This document shows, one piece after another, positions 11,116 through 21,808 of a stretch of 64,000 nucleotides of DNA; position 1 is the first letter of the stretch, and each line of letters begins with the position of its first letter. Under the pieces are notes generated by a model that saw only the letters and a list, made by a program, of their open reading frames with translations, did not search any database and was not told the origin of the DNA. Source of the DNA: Diplonema japonicum. Its lineage: Eukaryota > Protista > Euglenozoa: Diplonemea. Both the position numbers and the translations under genes were made by a program. The stretch lies in contig OZ025665.1 of the NCBI GenBank assembly GCA_964019335.1, positions 372,001 through 436,000 of the forward strand, given 5' to 3'.

Positions 11116-11880
11116 CCGCGCGTAGGAGGGGGCAACCCCCCACTGGCTCTGTCGTGGTGCTCTTTTTTTTTTTTTTCCCGGTTTTTCTCTTTTTTCTTTC
11201 TTTTCCTTTATTCCCCCCCCCCCCTTCTTCTTCTTCTAACCTTACCCTTTCCTATTGAGGTGTATAAAAAAAAAAAAAGAAAAAAAAAGAGAAGATATGG
11301 AAGGAAAAAAAAAAGTATTTTGGGTGAACAAAACAAAAACAAAAGAAAAAAAAATAAAGAAAAAGATGGGAGAGGGGGGAATGTGTTACGTGGTAGGTTA
11401 TTTTTTTTTCTTCTCGAGGGGGGAGGGGGGGTACATCCGCGATGGCCGTTACATGTGGCCAGGTAGGGAAGCGTTGTAATAGCCAGTTTTGTCGGCCTCG
11501 ATCCCTTGTGTGTTTTCTTTCGAACAACTATGATTACTTCGCGAAAAAAAAGTATTTTTTTGATGTCAAAGGCTTTTCTTTTCTTTTTCAAAACCCATCA
11601 CATTCGTACCCCTGCAAAAAATAAAAAGAATAAAACGAAGGGTTGAACGATTTCTCTGATTTTTTTATATTTTTTCTTCTTTCGGTGTCTTTAATCGCCT
11701 TCTTTATAGTGGTGTTAAAAAAAAGGGGGGAGGGGAAGGAAAGGTTTTCGCTTAAAAGAAATAAGGAGGGGGTCGCATGGGCGCACCATAGGGGATGCGG
11801 GAAATCGAAGAAAAAGACAGCTTGGGAAAACAAGGGGAAACACCTAGGAGGAAAGAGAAAAAAAAATGTGACATGCAATG

Positions 11881-11914
<34 letters not shown>

Positions 11915-12168
11915 CTTTTTCTTCTTCTTCTTTTTTTTTTTTTTTTAAATTCCAGCGATACTATTGGTGTACTTACAAGGTTAACTATACAAAGAAAAAA
12001 AGAAAAAAAAGAAAGAAAAAAAAAAAGAAATCTCTACTAAAAATGGGGAGAGAGTGGTACATTGTTCTTCGCTTCTCACGGCCCACCATGATACAAACTC
12101 ATAAGCCCCTTAATTGAGAACAAAGCAGACTGTGTTTGATTGATAGTTCAGTTCAGTAGTAATTTTTT

Positions 12169-15100
12169 TCATACTGTCGCAATAGCAGCCCCTGCATCAC
12201 CTGCCGCCCTCTCGAGCGAGTCCCGCCTACTTTGAGGAGATGCAGACGAAGTGGGCGAAGCTTCAGGAGGGACAACTGGTTGTGGCTCTTCTAACGCTTG
12301 GTGTTCTTGCTCTGAATCGACTGTCTCCGCCGCCTGAGTAATGACTTCTTGCTCAGGCTCAGACACTGACTCCTCACTCAAGGAGGCATCACTGCCCTCC
12401 ACTGTAAGCATTGACGGCCTTCTTTCTTCCAACCGCGCCACCAACCCACTGTCGTCTTGATATTTCACTGGATCTTCCTCCGCGCTCCCGCTCTCAGTGT
12501 CGCTGACGTCCATCTTTTTCTCGCTGTCGCAGCTCACGCTCTGTTGCTCCACTTCGATGTTGATCGCCTTTTGTGTGGCATGTGTTGCTTTCTGCATCGC
12601 TTCGGCTCTCGCAGCAGCCTCTTCTTCTGCTCCTCGCTGCTCGTCTTCAGGTACCTCGACCTCCTCCAATTCCCTGACCAAGTCGTCTTGCAAAGGATCG
12701 TAGCACACTTTGAGCACGTCTGAGTACCTCCGACGGAGACGTCGTGGCGACGCTTGGAGGTAGTCCTCCAAAGGTGTGACAGGGGTCATGGGGGGGTAGC
12801 CGTTCGATGTCCTGCGGTGGTGTGGGGAGACGATGGGGGAGCCACATGGCGTATGCGACGGGGAAAGCGACACAGCAATGGAGGGGGTACGCGATCGCAC
12901 GTAATGAGGCGACGAGGGCGTCGAGGTCGGAGGTGAAGAAGTGGGCGAGACACGAGCGTCGCTCGAATTGAAGGTGACAGATGCAAACCCACCACTCCCC
13001 TTCCTGTTCCTGAAGCTGGATGTCGGCGTGCTGAACGGCGAAATCGGCGCCTTGCCGTTTAAAGCCTTAAATACAGCAGGCAAGCTCCCCAAAGGCCTCT
13101 CCACTACTGTCAGCAGGTCGTTGTAGTCCTGTTTGGACAGGTAGTCAGATGCGATGACGAGCGTCTTATACGCCGTCACGCACTTCTTGATATCCAAAGC
13201 GGTCATTCTTCGTACGCAAGCTGCGGGCCATAGCTCACCTTTCTTCTTTGTGCCTTTCGCGTACATTGTGACGGTGCTTTTGATGGCGTTGTACGCTTCT
13301 TTGGCGACGATGAGCGGCTTCTTGGTAGCGAAGGCAGTGGTGAGCTTGTTGATGAGGCTGCTGTCTTCGGCAAAGCTCAACACGCCAATGGACTTCAGGT
13401 GCGTGATGACGGAATGCAGCTCGTTGGACTTCTCAGACGGACGCCACTTTTCAGCAAGGGCGTTCTTGTATTTGATCTGAGACTGGCGCTTTCTAATGTT
13501 GAGCAGTGCTTCGTACTTCCTCCTTTCGAGGTCGTGCACGCGAGTCTTTTTGGCCGTCCTGATGTGGATGGCCCACATCCGCTCCATGATAAGGTCACGC
13601 TCCATCATGTTGAACTTCCTGGCAGACTGTTCCACTTCTTGAAGCTGGCGTGTGGACTGCAGATTGTATCTCCTCTCTGCGGCATACGATGCTTCTTCAC
13701 GAACGTCATTTATGAACTCGTCGAGCTGCTGGTCTTGCTGCACGAGAGTCCCCTTGAAACGCAGCGATATCTCCAAATAGTTCTCGCACTGTACCGGCTC
13801 TGACTCCACTACGAATGTTGAGAATGGTGGCAGCAGAACCTCCGCCTCGTCAGGGAACTGCGACACCTTGTGGAGGGGAAGGCCCTCATTACACCCCGAC
13901 ACCTTGAACAGTATGTTGTATTTCTTATCAGTCGTCTTCAGGAAGTCCTCCGACGCCTTCATGTTTTCGCTAGTGCTGCTCGGTGCCAGCCATGCGTAAC
14001 TCCACCCCCTCTGCAGGCCTCGATGCGCCGACATGACAGAGTCAGGCAGGTTGTGTATCCCCCTGTACAGCATCTTGCTATTCGTAGGAGAGGCGTCTTC
14101 AGCCCCTTCTATGGGCATCGATAAGGCTAGCAAAAGGGAGCTGAGCTTCGCCCACTTGGCGATATCTGTGCTTGTGCGAAGTGCTTTGTTCATCTCTCCG
14201 TATATCGAAGGGTTCCTGTCGCCTTGTGTCTGGTTGTTGTTGTGCACCTTCGACACTGTTGGCTTCGAGACGCTCAAGTGAAGCTTTTTATATGCGTCCC
14301 ACTGTGGTGTGTGAAAGATTTACGAGATGTTTTAAGCATACCTGCGCCATGAGGGTCTCCTTCTTGGAGTCTGGCACGGAAGAAAAAGGCGGCGGGACGT
14401 CACCGAAGCCCATGTGTCTGTCTACATCGGGGCCTTCCAATGTGTAGAGCCGCATTGCAAGGATCTCGACGGGGCCGACTTGTCTGTCTTTGAAGACTTT
14501 GCCGTATTTCTTGTGGAGGTCGACGCATAGCTGCCACAGCAGGGCTTCTTTGTTCACGCCTGGGGGTGCCACGAGGTTCTCCGACAGCTCATCGAAGATG
14601 TCGCCTTTGTTTCCCCAAGCTTCTTGAAGCTTCTCTGCGACCATCTTCATGCCGACGTACTCTTGGCTCTCACCTGCGAAGAACACCATGCCCTCTTTCA
14701 TCCATTTTTCGATGTTCATCCCTAACGCCGATGTGATGGCGCATGCTGGCCACGATGAGCCCGACACTTCAACTATCTCTCCGAGCAACTGTTTTTCTTC
14801 GTCGACAAGCTCGTGGAAGTACTTGGCAGCGGCTTCCTGCATGGCGTTCATCTCGACCATTGCACTCCAGCCGCCGTACATTTTCAGCTTTCTGTAGTAT
14901 GTGTGCAGGATCCCCAGATCCCCCAACGTCGACATGAAGTCCTCGAGACGCGACTTGTGTTGGTGCTTGATGGCCCACCGTCGCAACTTGTTGAAGTAGA
15001 TCAGCCTTACGTGTTGAGCACTGCGTGACAGGTTGTTGTCAACCATGTTGCGCTGGATACCACGCATTGTTGTGAACTTCTTCCACTTGCGGTACACACC

Positions 15101-16597
15101 GAGGATGGTGCCGTGTATTGTGCACCTCAGTAACGTCTGCGCTGCTCTGCTTTTTGGCGCCTTTGAACGGCTCTTGTTTACCAACCAGACAAGCTTGCTG
15201 TAATACATAGTGAGCAGCATCTTTTTCCTTGTCTTCTCCAAGTACTCCGATCCAAATCTCAGCTGCCTCAAGAGCCTTGCCTTCCTGACCTTAACCCGGC
15301 ACCACATCATGAAGTACCTGCGCATCACCTGCCGCGAACATTCCATCAACGATAAGAAGGCAGCGTGGACTCGGAGCCTTCTCACCTTTTTCTCGTTCTT
15401 CCACCTCGCCAGCTTGTCCCAGTACATCCTGCGGTTCTTCGACAACAACGCTTGCAATCCTTGCGAGTAGGTTTGGATTGCTTTTTTGGATTTCACGCAC
15501 AACAGCCATCTTCTGAAGCAATCCCTTCCGAGGAACTGCAGGGCCTGGATCGCATGCACGACGCTCAGGTGATGTGACACGGCTTGCTTGAGCCTACCAG
15601 GAGCCTGCATCGCTTGCTGTTCGGTTTGGACATGTCTTGCAAGGATGTGCGACTGTGCTTGGATGAAACGGTCAGGAAGCACCCTTGCTGAAGGGTGATA
15701 AATCTTAAGGTGCCTTTCGACTATGTCGTGGCACATCGACCAGACAAGCAACCCCTGCCAACCGTGCGAGACGACAAGATGCCGCGCATCCGGCGCTACG
15801 ACAGATGCTCTCACGTTGAAGGGAGACGTGACACTCCAGAAGCACATGGTGCCCTGTGTGTCGAGGGATACTAACTCCGTGTCGACCTCGCTGAGACTCA
15901 CCAAGGGGTGCGTGTGGTGGTTAACCTTGTGGAGCAGCACCGCAAGGCGGCCTGACCCATCGTTGGGGAACGGGTCCCACACACAAACGTTCGGCCCCGA
16001 CGATGTGGCCACGAACCCTTGGCTGCACACAATGTGCTCCACTGATTTATTAAGGTGAGCAACCCACTTACCTTTAAGCGCGAACTTAGCTGCGGACACG
16101 ACAGTGACAAACCCTTGACCAGAACCGATGAAGAGATATGACCCGCCTGGGCTGCAGCAGGTCGGGTAGCCCACCGGGGGGATGGGCGGTTCGGGGGTGT
16201 ATTCTTCAAGAGTTTGAGTAAGAAATGTGATAGAACCGGACTGAGAGATAAGAGCCGTGGATGAAAGAACGGGGACTAATCGCAAACAGCTTGTCGTGAA
16301 GCAAGCAAGAAGACTGAAAGTCCACGCATCGTAGGCTTTCAAGGTGTTGGGTGTGTGGTGAACCCATACCAGACCCCCTGCTGCTTTTAGAAATCGGACG
16401 TTCCCTATGCCTTTTTCCACGACAACGAGGATCTTCCCGCTGTTGGAGTCCCTCACCACCAGCCGCCCGCCGTTTTCATAACACCACAAAACACCGCCTT
16501 CTTGAGACACACACACTTTCTGCACGCCATTGGACAGCACACGGCCGCCCCGGGCTGTTACCTTTTCAACTACCCTTCCGTGCGGGAACCCAGACAT
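12169..16597 (-). CDS. WD40 + Sfi1-like helical repeats + R-S-E type mono-ADP-ribosyltransferase domain, 2 exons (1462 aa)
   Basis: ORFs 14288-16597 and 12169-14277 are joined in frame by a 40-nt intron 14302-14341 (GTATGC...CACCACAG), giving MAQ|WDAYKKLH. WD40-like N-terminus (AH..SVEHI..VCVWD, HTHPLVSL..MCFWS); ART motifs LYRG, SSTS and SQFPDEAEVLLPP. Confidence 0.85.
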
Positions 16598-16806
16598 TCA
16601 TTTTGTATTTTCCTGGTTTTTTAGAAATTAAAAAGGTGTGTTGTTGTGGATAGTGTTCAAAATACTTAAAGTATGACTATGTGTTAGGTCTGTATTTTCT
16701 TTTTTTTCTTTTTTTTTTTCTCATTCCTTTTTTTTTTTTTAGTATATTCTTATAGCACAACGTTCGATGGGTTTTCAAGTTTTTATTTATTTTCTTTTTC
16801 TTTTTT

Positions 16807-17880
16807 TCACTCGCAGTCAAGGGGCAGGGTCTCTGTGGCGAATTGCACGTAGCCAGTGAGCGTCCAATGCCCGGACTTTAGAAATTCTTTCGGGATACCG
16901 AGGTCCGTCCACCCGTGGGGGACGTTGCAGTCGCAGAAGGCACGTCCAAAAGTGTGTGTAGAAACTGTGTCTCCAGTAATGCACAGCGTGAAATATAGTG
17001 GGACGTGTTCGGAAAATGTGTGCGCGGGGGTGAGGTAGAAAGAAGCGGTCCCCGAAGGGGAAAGGCCGATGGTGGCGGTGAGCGAAACCTCGTGTAGCCG
17101 TCGGCAGAAGAACCTATCGTGGGATGCCGACCATGACCGGACTACCTTAGTGAAAATATGTTTTTTCCGGGTGTTCAAAGGGATAAACTTGGTCCTACGA
17201 GCCCTATGTGCGTGGCGTGCATAAGCTGTACAAAGTCTCGGCATCAAGAACTCGCTTACAGCCCCGCCTTCACAGCACAGTTCGTCCAGAGAGATGAGGC
17301 TCACGTCGTCAAGCCTGATTTCATGAAGAATCGGTTTTATCTTGTCGAAAGGGAATTTCTTGGACAGGGCCAAGGCAACGTCAACAATTTTATCTTCGTC
17401 GCATTGCAAATCATCACACTGAACGGCCTCCTTGAGCAGTGGCAAGGCTCCCTCTGTGATGTGGTTCATTGCAGAAACTCTTGAGAACACTTCTTCGAAG
17501 TTCCGTTTCAGGTACTCCAAGCACTTTGAGCGCATGTAAGGAATGTTCAGCAGATACCCCGCAATGTCTGGTGTCATGTGCAGGCTTAAGAATTCCATTA
17601 AGTGGTCTGCACCTATTCTGTCGGCGTACTCCAGGAGGTTGAGGAACATGTCAATCCCCTCCGGGGTTATCATGTCGATGTCAAGCCATCCTTCCTTTAA
17701 GAATCTGAGATACGCTGCTTCAACCCAGCCTTCTGCCAGGATTGTGTCGGCCCTGTCTCCCCACAGTGGTGCGTCCTCCCCGACGAAGGCTTTGAAGTAA
17801 CTGCTTTGTTTCCCGAGCAGCCCGCGGCTCACCTCCCCCAACCCATCGCCCGATACAGTTTTGAATTTTATCTTCTCCAT
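16807..17880 (-). CDS. BTB/POZ-BACK domain protein
   Basis: BTB-like LLGKQSSYFKAF and NLLEYADRIG; BACK-like CLEYLKRNFEEV, DDLQCDEDKIV and ILHEIRL. Confidence 0.75.
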   Translation of the reverse strand: MEKIKFKTVSGDGLGEVSRGLLGKQSSYFKAFVGEDAPLWGDRADTILAEGWVEAAYLRFLKEGWLDIDMITPEGIDMFLNLLEYADRIGADHLMEFLSLHMTPDIAGYLLNIPYMRSKCLEYLKRNFEEVFSRVSAMNHITEGALPLLKEAVQCDDLQCDEDKIVDVALALSKKFPFDKIKPILHEIRLDDVSLISLDELCCEGGAVSEFLMPRLCTAYARHAHRARRTKFIPLNTRKKHIFTKVVRSWSASHDRFFCRRLHEVSLTATIGLSPSGTASFYLTPAHTFSEHVPLYFTLCITGDTVSTHTFGRAFCDCNVPHGWTDLGIPKEFLKSGHWTLTGYVQFATETLPLDCE

Positions 17881-17948
17881 TGCATGGAAGTGTGTATTTT
17901 TTTTTTGTGGATTATTCTTTTTCTTTTTCTTTTAAACGATGTTTCAGG

Positions 17949-17950
<2 letters not shown>

Positions 17951-18011
<61 letters not shown>
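17951..18011. repeat. 61-nt poly(A) run (poly-U on the sense strand)
   Basis: Longest of many homopolymer runs, visible directly. Confidence 0.9.
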
Positions 18012-18013
<2 letters not shown>

Positions 18014-18190
18014 TTGACAAAGGTTTTTAAAAGGGGGTACGACATCTAAACAACGGGGTGGGGGGAGGAAGGGAGACACAAAAAAAAAGGGGAAGAAACA
18101 ACGAGAAAAAGATCTATTGGGGGAAGGGAAAAAAAAAATTCTATCTAAAAAAAAGGGGGTTTTTTTTTTTTTCTTTTCTTTTTTAAATTT

Positions 18191-20371
18191 CTAATCAAAT
18201 TTAAACTCGAGAGCGGTGGAAGGGGTTGAGTCGACCGAGATGCGGGAGGTCCTCACGTCGGAGTTAAAGCGGACTGCTTTTTGTGTTTTGGAGAGTCTGT
18301 TTGAATGCCGCTTGAGGTTGGTAGGGAAGAATGCGGAGGAAGGAGACGAGATCTTGAAGGACCTGCGGGGGCGCTTCTTAGGCTTCGGAACGTTGACCTG
18401 AGGTAATTTGAACAGTTCTTCGAGCCCGCTAGAGTTTTCGCTTGACACGACAGTGTTCACGTCAAGACCGTCGATCATAGTGGCCTTCACCTCAGGTCGG
18501 GCAAACTCCTTAGGATCTATCGAAGCAAAGGACAGTTCAGTACCAGGGGATGACCCAATAGACATCCTTGAGGCCTTTCTCTTCCTACTTGGGGTTGTCA
18601 TCTCAATAACACTTGGTGTGTCTACTATTGACAGTTTTTTGTTGCTCGTACACCCTGTCGTGTCTTTACGCTTTGATGTGGTTCTCTGCTTCACAGGAGT
18701 CTTGAAGATCGGGCACTCGCTTTCCTCGTCACTCCCGCTTTCGTTATCGCTCTCGCCTTGCAGCAGATACAGCATTTTCGCGAGTTTTTGTTTCTTCTTC
18801 GCTCGTTGCTCTTCTTTCTTCTTCTTGCTTTCCTCTAGTTCTCGTAAGACCGATTTGTTGCGGTGTATTTCCTTCTCCATTTCCTGCTTTTCCTTCAGTT
18901 TTTGCAGCTCGATGTTCTCCAGCTTCTTCTTCTTGATGGCTTCTTCCTCCTCGAGCTGCCTCTCGATCGCTTCCTTTTCACTTTCAACCCTTCGCTTCTC
19001 CTCCATCATCTTGTTTTTTTTCACCGACATGCGGTTCTCTGTCTGCTTGATCATCGTTCTGATCTCCTTCAGTTGTTCCTTCTCTGCTTTGGTTTCGGTT
19101 TTGTCCAAGGTCTCGCGTTCCTTCTGGATGGTGTCTCGTTTTTTCTCCAAGGCTTTCTTTTTTTTTTGCAGTTCTTTCTCGATCGTTTTCATCTCCTTTA
19201 TGCTCGCCTTTTCTATTTTCGCGAACTCCCTGGTCTTCTCCTGAATCAGCATCTGCAGCTCCTTTTCTTTCTGTTCGTTTTCCTTTACCGCCATTGCCGC
19301 GAGTTCCATTTCCTTCGCCTTCAACGCTTTCTGCTGTTCTTTTTGTTTCTTCGCTGCGAGCTCTACCTGCTTCCTGATGGTTCTCTGTTCCTCCCTCAGC
19401 TCTTTTGATATCTCGAGATTGCGCTCCTCCTCTTGTTGTAGTCTCTGGTTTTCTCTGGTGGTGAGGATCTCGAGGTCTTTTTTCTTCCTTGAGATTTCTG
19501 CCTTTGCAGTTTTCATGATGTTCTGCTCTCGGACAGCGGACACTTCTTCCAGACGGCTCTGTTCCTCCTTGAGCAGTCGCTTGATGGCATTCTTTGTGTT
19601 CACGCAGAGCTTCTCCACCTTCAGCCTCTCGGATTCGATGTTTTTGACTGTCTTATGTGCTTTGGAACCTCTTGCGAGAGCAGCCTTCTTTTTCTCGTTG
19701 ATTTCCGCGAGGTCGCTCTGAGCCTTAATGAGCTTGTTTTCCATGGCATTCAACTCTTCCTCTTTCTGGTCTTGTGCCTGCAGCTCTTCGTCGAGCGCGT
19801 CGTTCTCATTGAGCAGCTCCTCCACGTTCTTGGCGAGTTCTTCAAGCTTCTCTTGTAGTTCCTGCTGCTTTTCATCGAGTTCTTCCTCTTCTTCGTCGAG
19901 TTCCATCGCTTCCGCCTCGAGCTCAGCAAGCCTGGCTGTTCTCCTCTCTTCCTTCTCCTTCTTTCTTGCTTCCTTGTCGTGAGAAGACTTCGCTCGCGCG
20001 TTTCGTGCGTTCTTGAGCTTTTCATGCGCACTCGCAGCAGCAAGCGCTTCCTGGATCTGTTCGTCAAGACGTTGCTCATCTTCGTGCAGCTTGTCATACT
20101 CCTCATCGAGCTCCATTTCTTTCTTCTCCAGCTCGTCTATCTTGCTCGTCTCGCTCTCTTCGCTCTCCTCGTCTATTTCGTCGTCTTCATCTTCTTCCTC
20201 CGACTCTTCAACAGAGCTCTTCTCCTCCCACTCTTCAACTTCCGGTGCGAACAGATTGACCTTCATCGTCACGTCTTTCAAAGGCACCCTGCACGGATCA
20301 AACGAGGCGTTCCTTGCAGACTCGATGGCCCGCATCTTCGCCTGTTTCCCCTTTTTGCTGCCCGCCTTCAT
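18191..20371 (-). CDS. Long charged coiled-coil protein, unknown function
   Basis: E/K-rich heptad region of ~500 aa with an S/T-P-rich tail. Start at MKAGSKK (20371) because the ORF extension overlaps the upstream gene's last exon. Confidence 0.75.
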   Translation of the reverse strand: MKAGSKKGKQAKMRAIESARNASFDPCRVPLKDVTMKVNLFAPEVEEWEEKSSVEESEEEDEDDEIDEESEESETSKIDELEKKEMELDEEYDKLHEDEQRLDEQIQEALAAASAHEKLKNARNARAKSSHDKEARKKEKEERRTARLAELEAEAMELDEEEEELDEKQQELQEKLEELAKNVEELLNENDALDEELQAQDQKEEELNAMENKLIKAQSDLAEINEKKKAALARGSKAHKTVKNIESERLKVEKLCVNTKNAIKRLLKEEQSRLEEVSAVREQNIMKTAKAEISRKKKDLEILTTRENQRLQQEEERNLEISKELREEQRTIRKQVELAAKKQKEQQKALKAKEMELAAMAVKENEQKEKELQMLIQEKTREFAKIEKASIKEMKTIEKELQKKKKALEKKRDTIQKERETLDKTETKAEKEQLKEIRTMIKQTENRMSVKKNKMMEEKRRVESEKEAIERQLEEEEAIKKKKLENIELQKLKEKQEMEKEIHRNKSVLRELEESKKKKEEQRAKKKQKLAKMLYLLQGESDNESGSDEESECPIFKTPVKQRTTSKRKDTTGCTSNKKLSIVDTPSVIEMTTPSRKRKASRMSIGSSPGTELSFASIDPKEFARPEVKATMIDGLDVNTVVSSENSSGLEELFKLPQVNVPKPKKRPRRSFKISSPSSAFFPTNLKRHSNRLSKTQKAVRFNSDVRTSRISVDSTPSTALEFKFD

Positions 20372-20439
20372 CTTCTTCCCTGGTGTGTAAGTGAATACTG
20401 AACTGCGAAAAAGAAGCGCTGGTAATGAAAGCTGGAATT
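20372..20439 (-). promoter_or_regulatory. 68-bp intergenic spacer, candidate trans-splice acceptor region
   Basis: Sense sequence AATTCCAGCTTTCATTACCAGCGCTTCTTTTCGCAG|TTCAGTATTCACTTACACACCAG|GGAAGAAG-ATG: pyrimidine tract plus AG, with little room for a terminator and promoter. Confidence 0.45.
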
Positions 20440-21677
20440 CTATGACAAAGGCACCTCCTTCTTCCCAGGCAGGTCTTTGACAATAACGCTGCAACTGTGG
20501 ATTTTGACATCGCGGTTCGGTTTGAAGTAAGGAGCCGTCGAGCGCAGGGAACCAAACACCTGCTCAAAGACCTCCTGTCCTTGCACGATAGTACCAAAGA
20601 CATAGCCCCCGTCCTCCACCTGTTGTGTGTGGATGTGTGTGACGCAAGCATACCGGATCGAGAGGGTACCTGCTGTAGTGGTAATGGTCACCGGTGACTG
20701 CGCTCCTACCGACACCTCTGACACGTTCATGAGCAGCACGTTCGAAGTCCCCATGCTTCTTGTTGCCAAAAGCAGCAGGGTTGTCTGTGGTGTTGTGGCT
20801 TTGCACACAACAGCATACCTGTGGCAAGAATGCCGAAAATGCTTGTGAAGCCACCGTTGGCTAGGAAGCCTTTGGCGCAGGAGACGAGGGCGTACTTGAA
20901 AGGGGGCAACTCAGGGTCCTCTGTGGGGAGACGGGTCTTGCAGTCAGGGATGACCACAGCACCTCCACGGGCGTCCTGATGTGTGATACAACCGCCGTAG
21001 ATGGCGTTGTTATCGAGGCTGAAGAAAGGGGTGTCTTGGAGTTTGAGGCCGTCAGGGTTGTCTCCTGAAACGAGGCGGGAGAAGTTCTCGCAAGCAAAAG
21101 GTGCACGTTGAGTGAAGAGCCCCACGACAAAGGGCTCCATGATTTTGCCGTCGATTTCCAAGACCAGCTCCACCAACTCCCCGACGTACACGTGTTTCGC
21201 AGGATGGTCGGGCTTCTTTCTCTTCATCATCTTGTAGAAGCTGTTTGCAAACCACAGCATCATCAGCAGACTGAACCCTGCTAGAAATCTTTCTCCTTTT
21301 TTGGCCATTTCCTTCCGTCTCTTCTCCAGCCAGTGCTTTTCTTCCTCATCACGCTTCACGACGTCCCTCTCTCCGAACCAGTTCACCCTGTGCACCCCGT
21401 CCCTTCGTTTCACTTGTTCAATCGTGTCGCTCATCTTGGGCATGTCGTACCCAGCGTTGACCTGCTTCAACCATTCTAGTCTCGCTTCTCTCCCTTCCGG
21501 TGCCCGTGGGTCTTGAGGTTTTGATCCGGTGGCAGGTCGACTGTCGTTGCTGTCGCTTGTTTTATATGCTCCTCGGAAGTCAATGGGATTGCCGTATTCA
21601 TTCTTTCGGACGTGCTTCCATACAAGCTGCACGCGCAGCGCTCTCCGCAACCTTGTGGCCGCGGTGCACCGTCGCAT
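20440..21677 (-). CDS. Membrane-anchored, degenerate cyclophilin-like protein, 3 exons (389 aa)
   Basis: Exons 21677-20819, 20784-20654, 20619-20440; two 34-nt introns 20785-20818 and 20620-20653 (both GTATGCT...ACAG). Cyclophilin motifs VVGLFTQRAPFACENFSRL and YVFGTIVQGQEVF...KPNRDVKIHSC; Arg-rich N-terminus and TM FLAGFSLLMMLWFANSF. Confidence 0.8.
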
Positions 21678-21808
21678 CTTCACCTGGGTGGCTGTTGCTT
21701 CTGAAGTGTTGAGCGTGTTGATACATGCATGATTGAAACACCACCGAGGCTTTAGGGTAGACGGCTTTCGGTGGGTATAAAAAAAGAAAACAGAAGGAGG
21801 GGACGCAC

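Noticed and set aside
14278-14341. Apparent frameshift or pseudogene break between ORFs 14288-16597 and 12169-14277
   Set aside because: Explained by a canonical 40-nt GT-AG intron that restores the frame.
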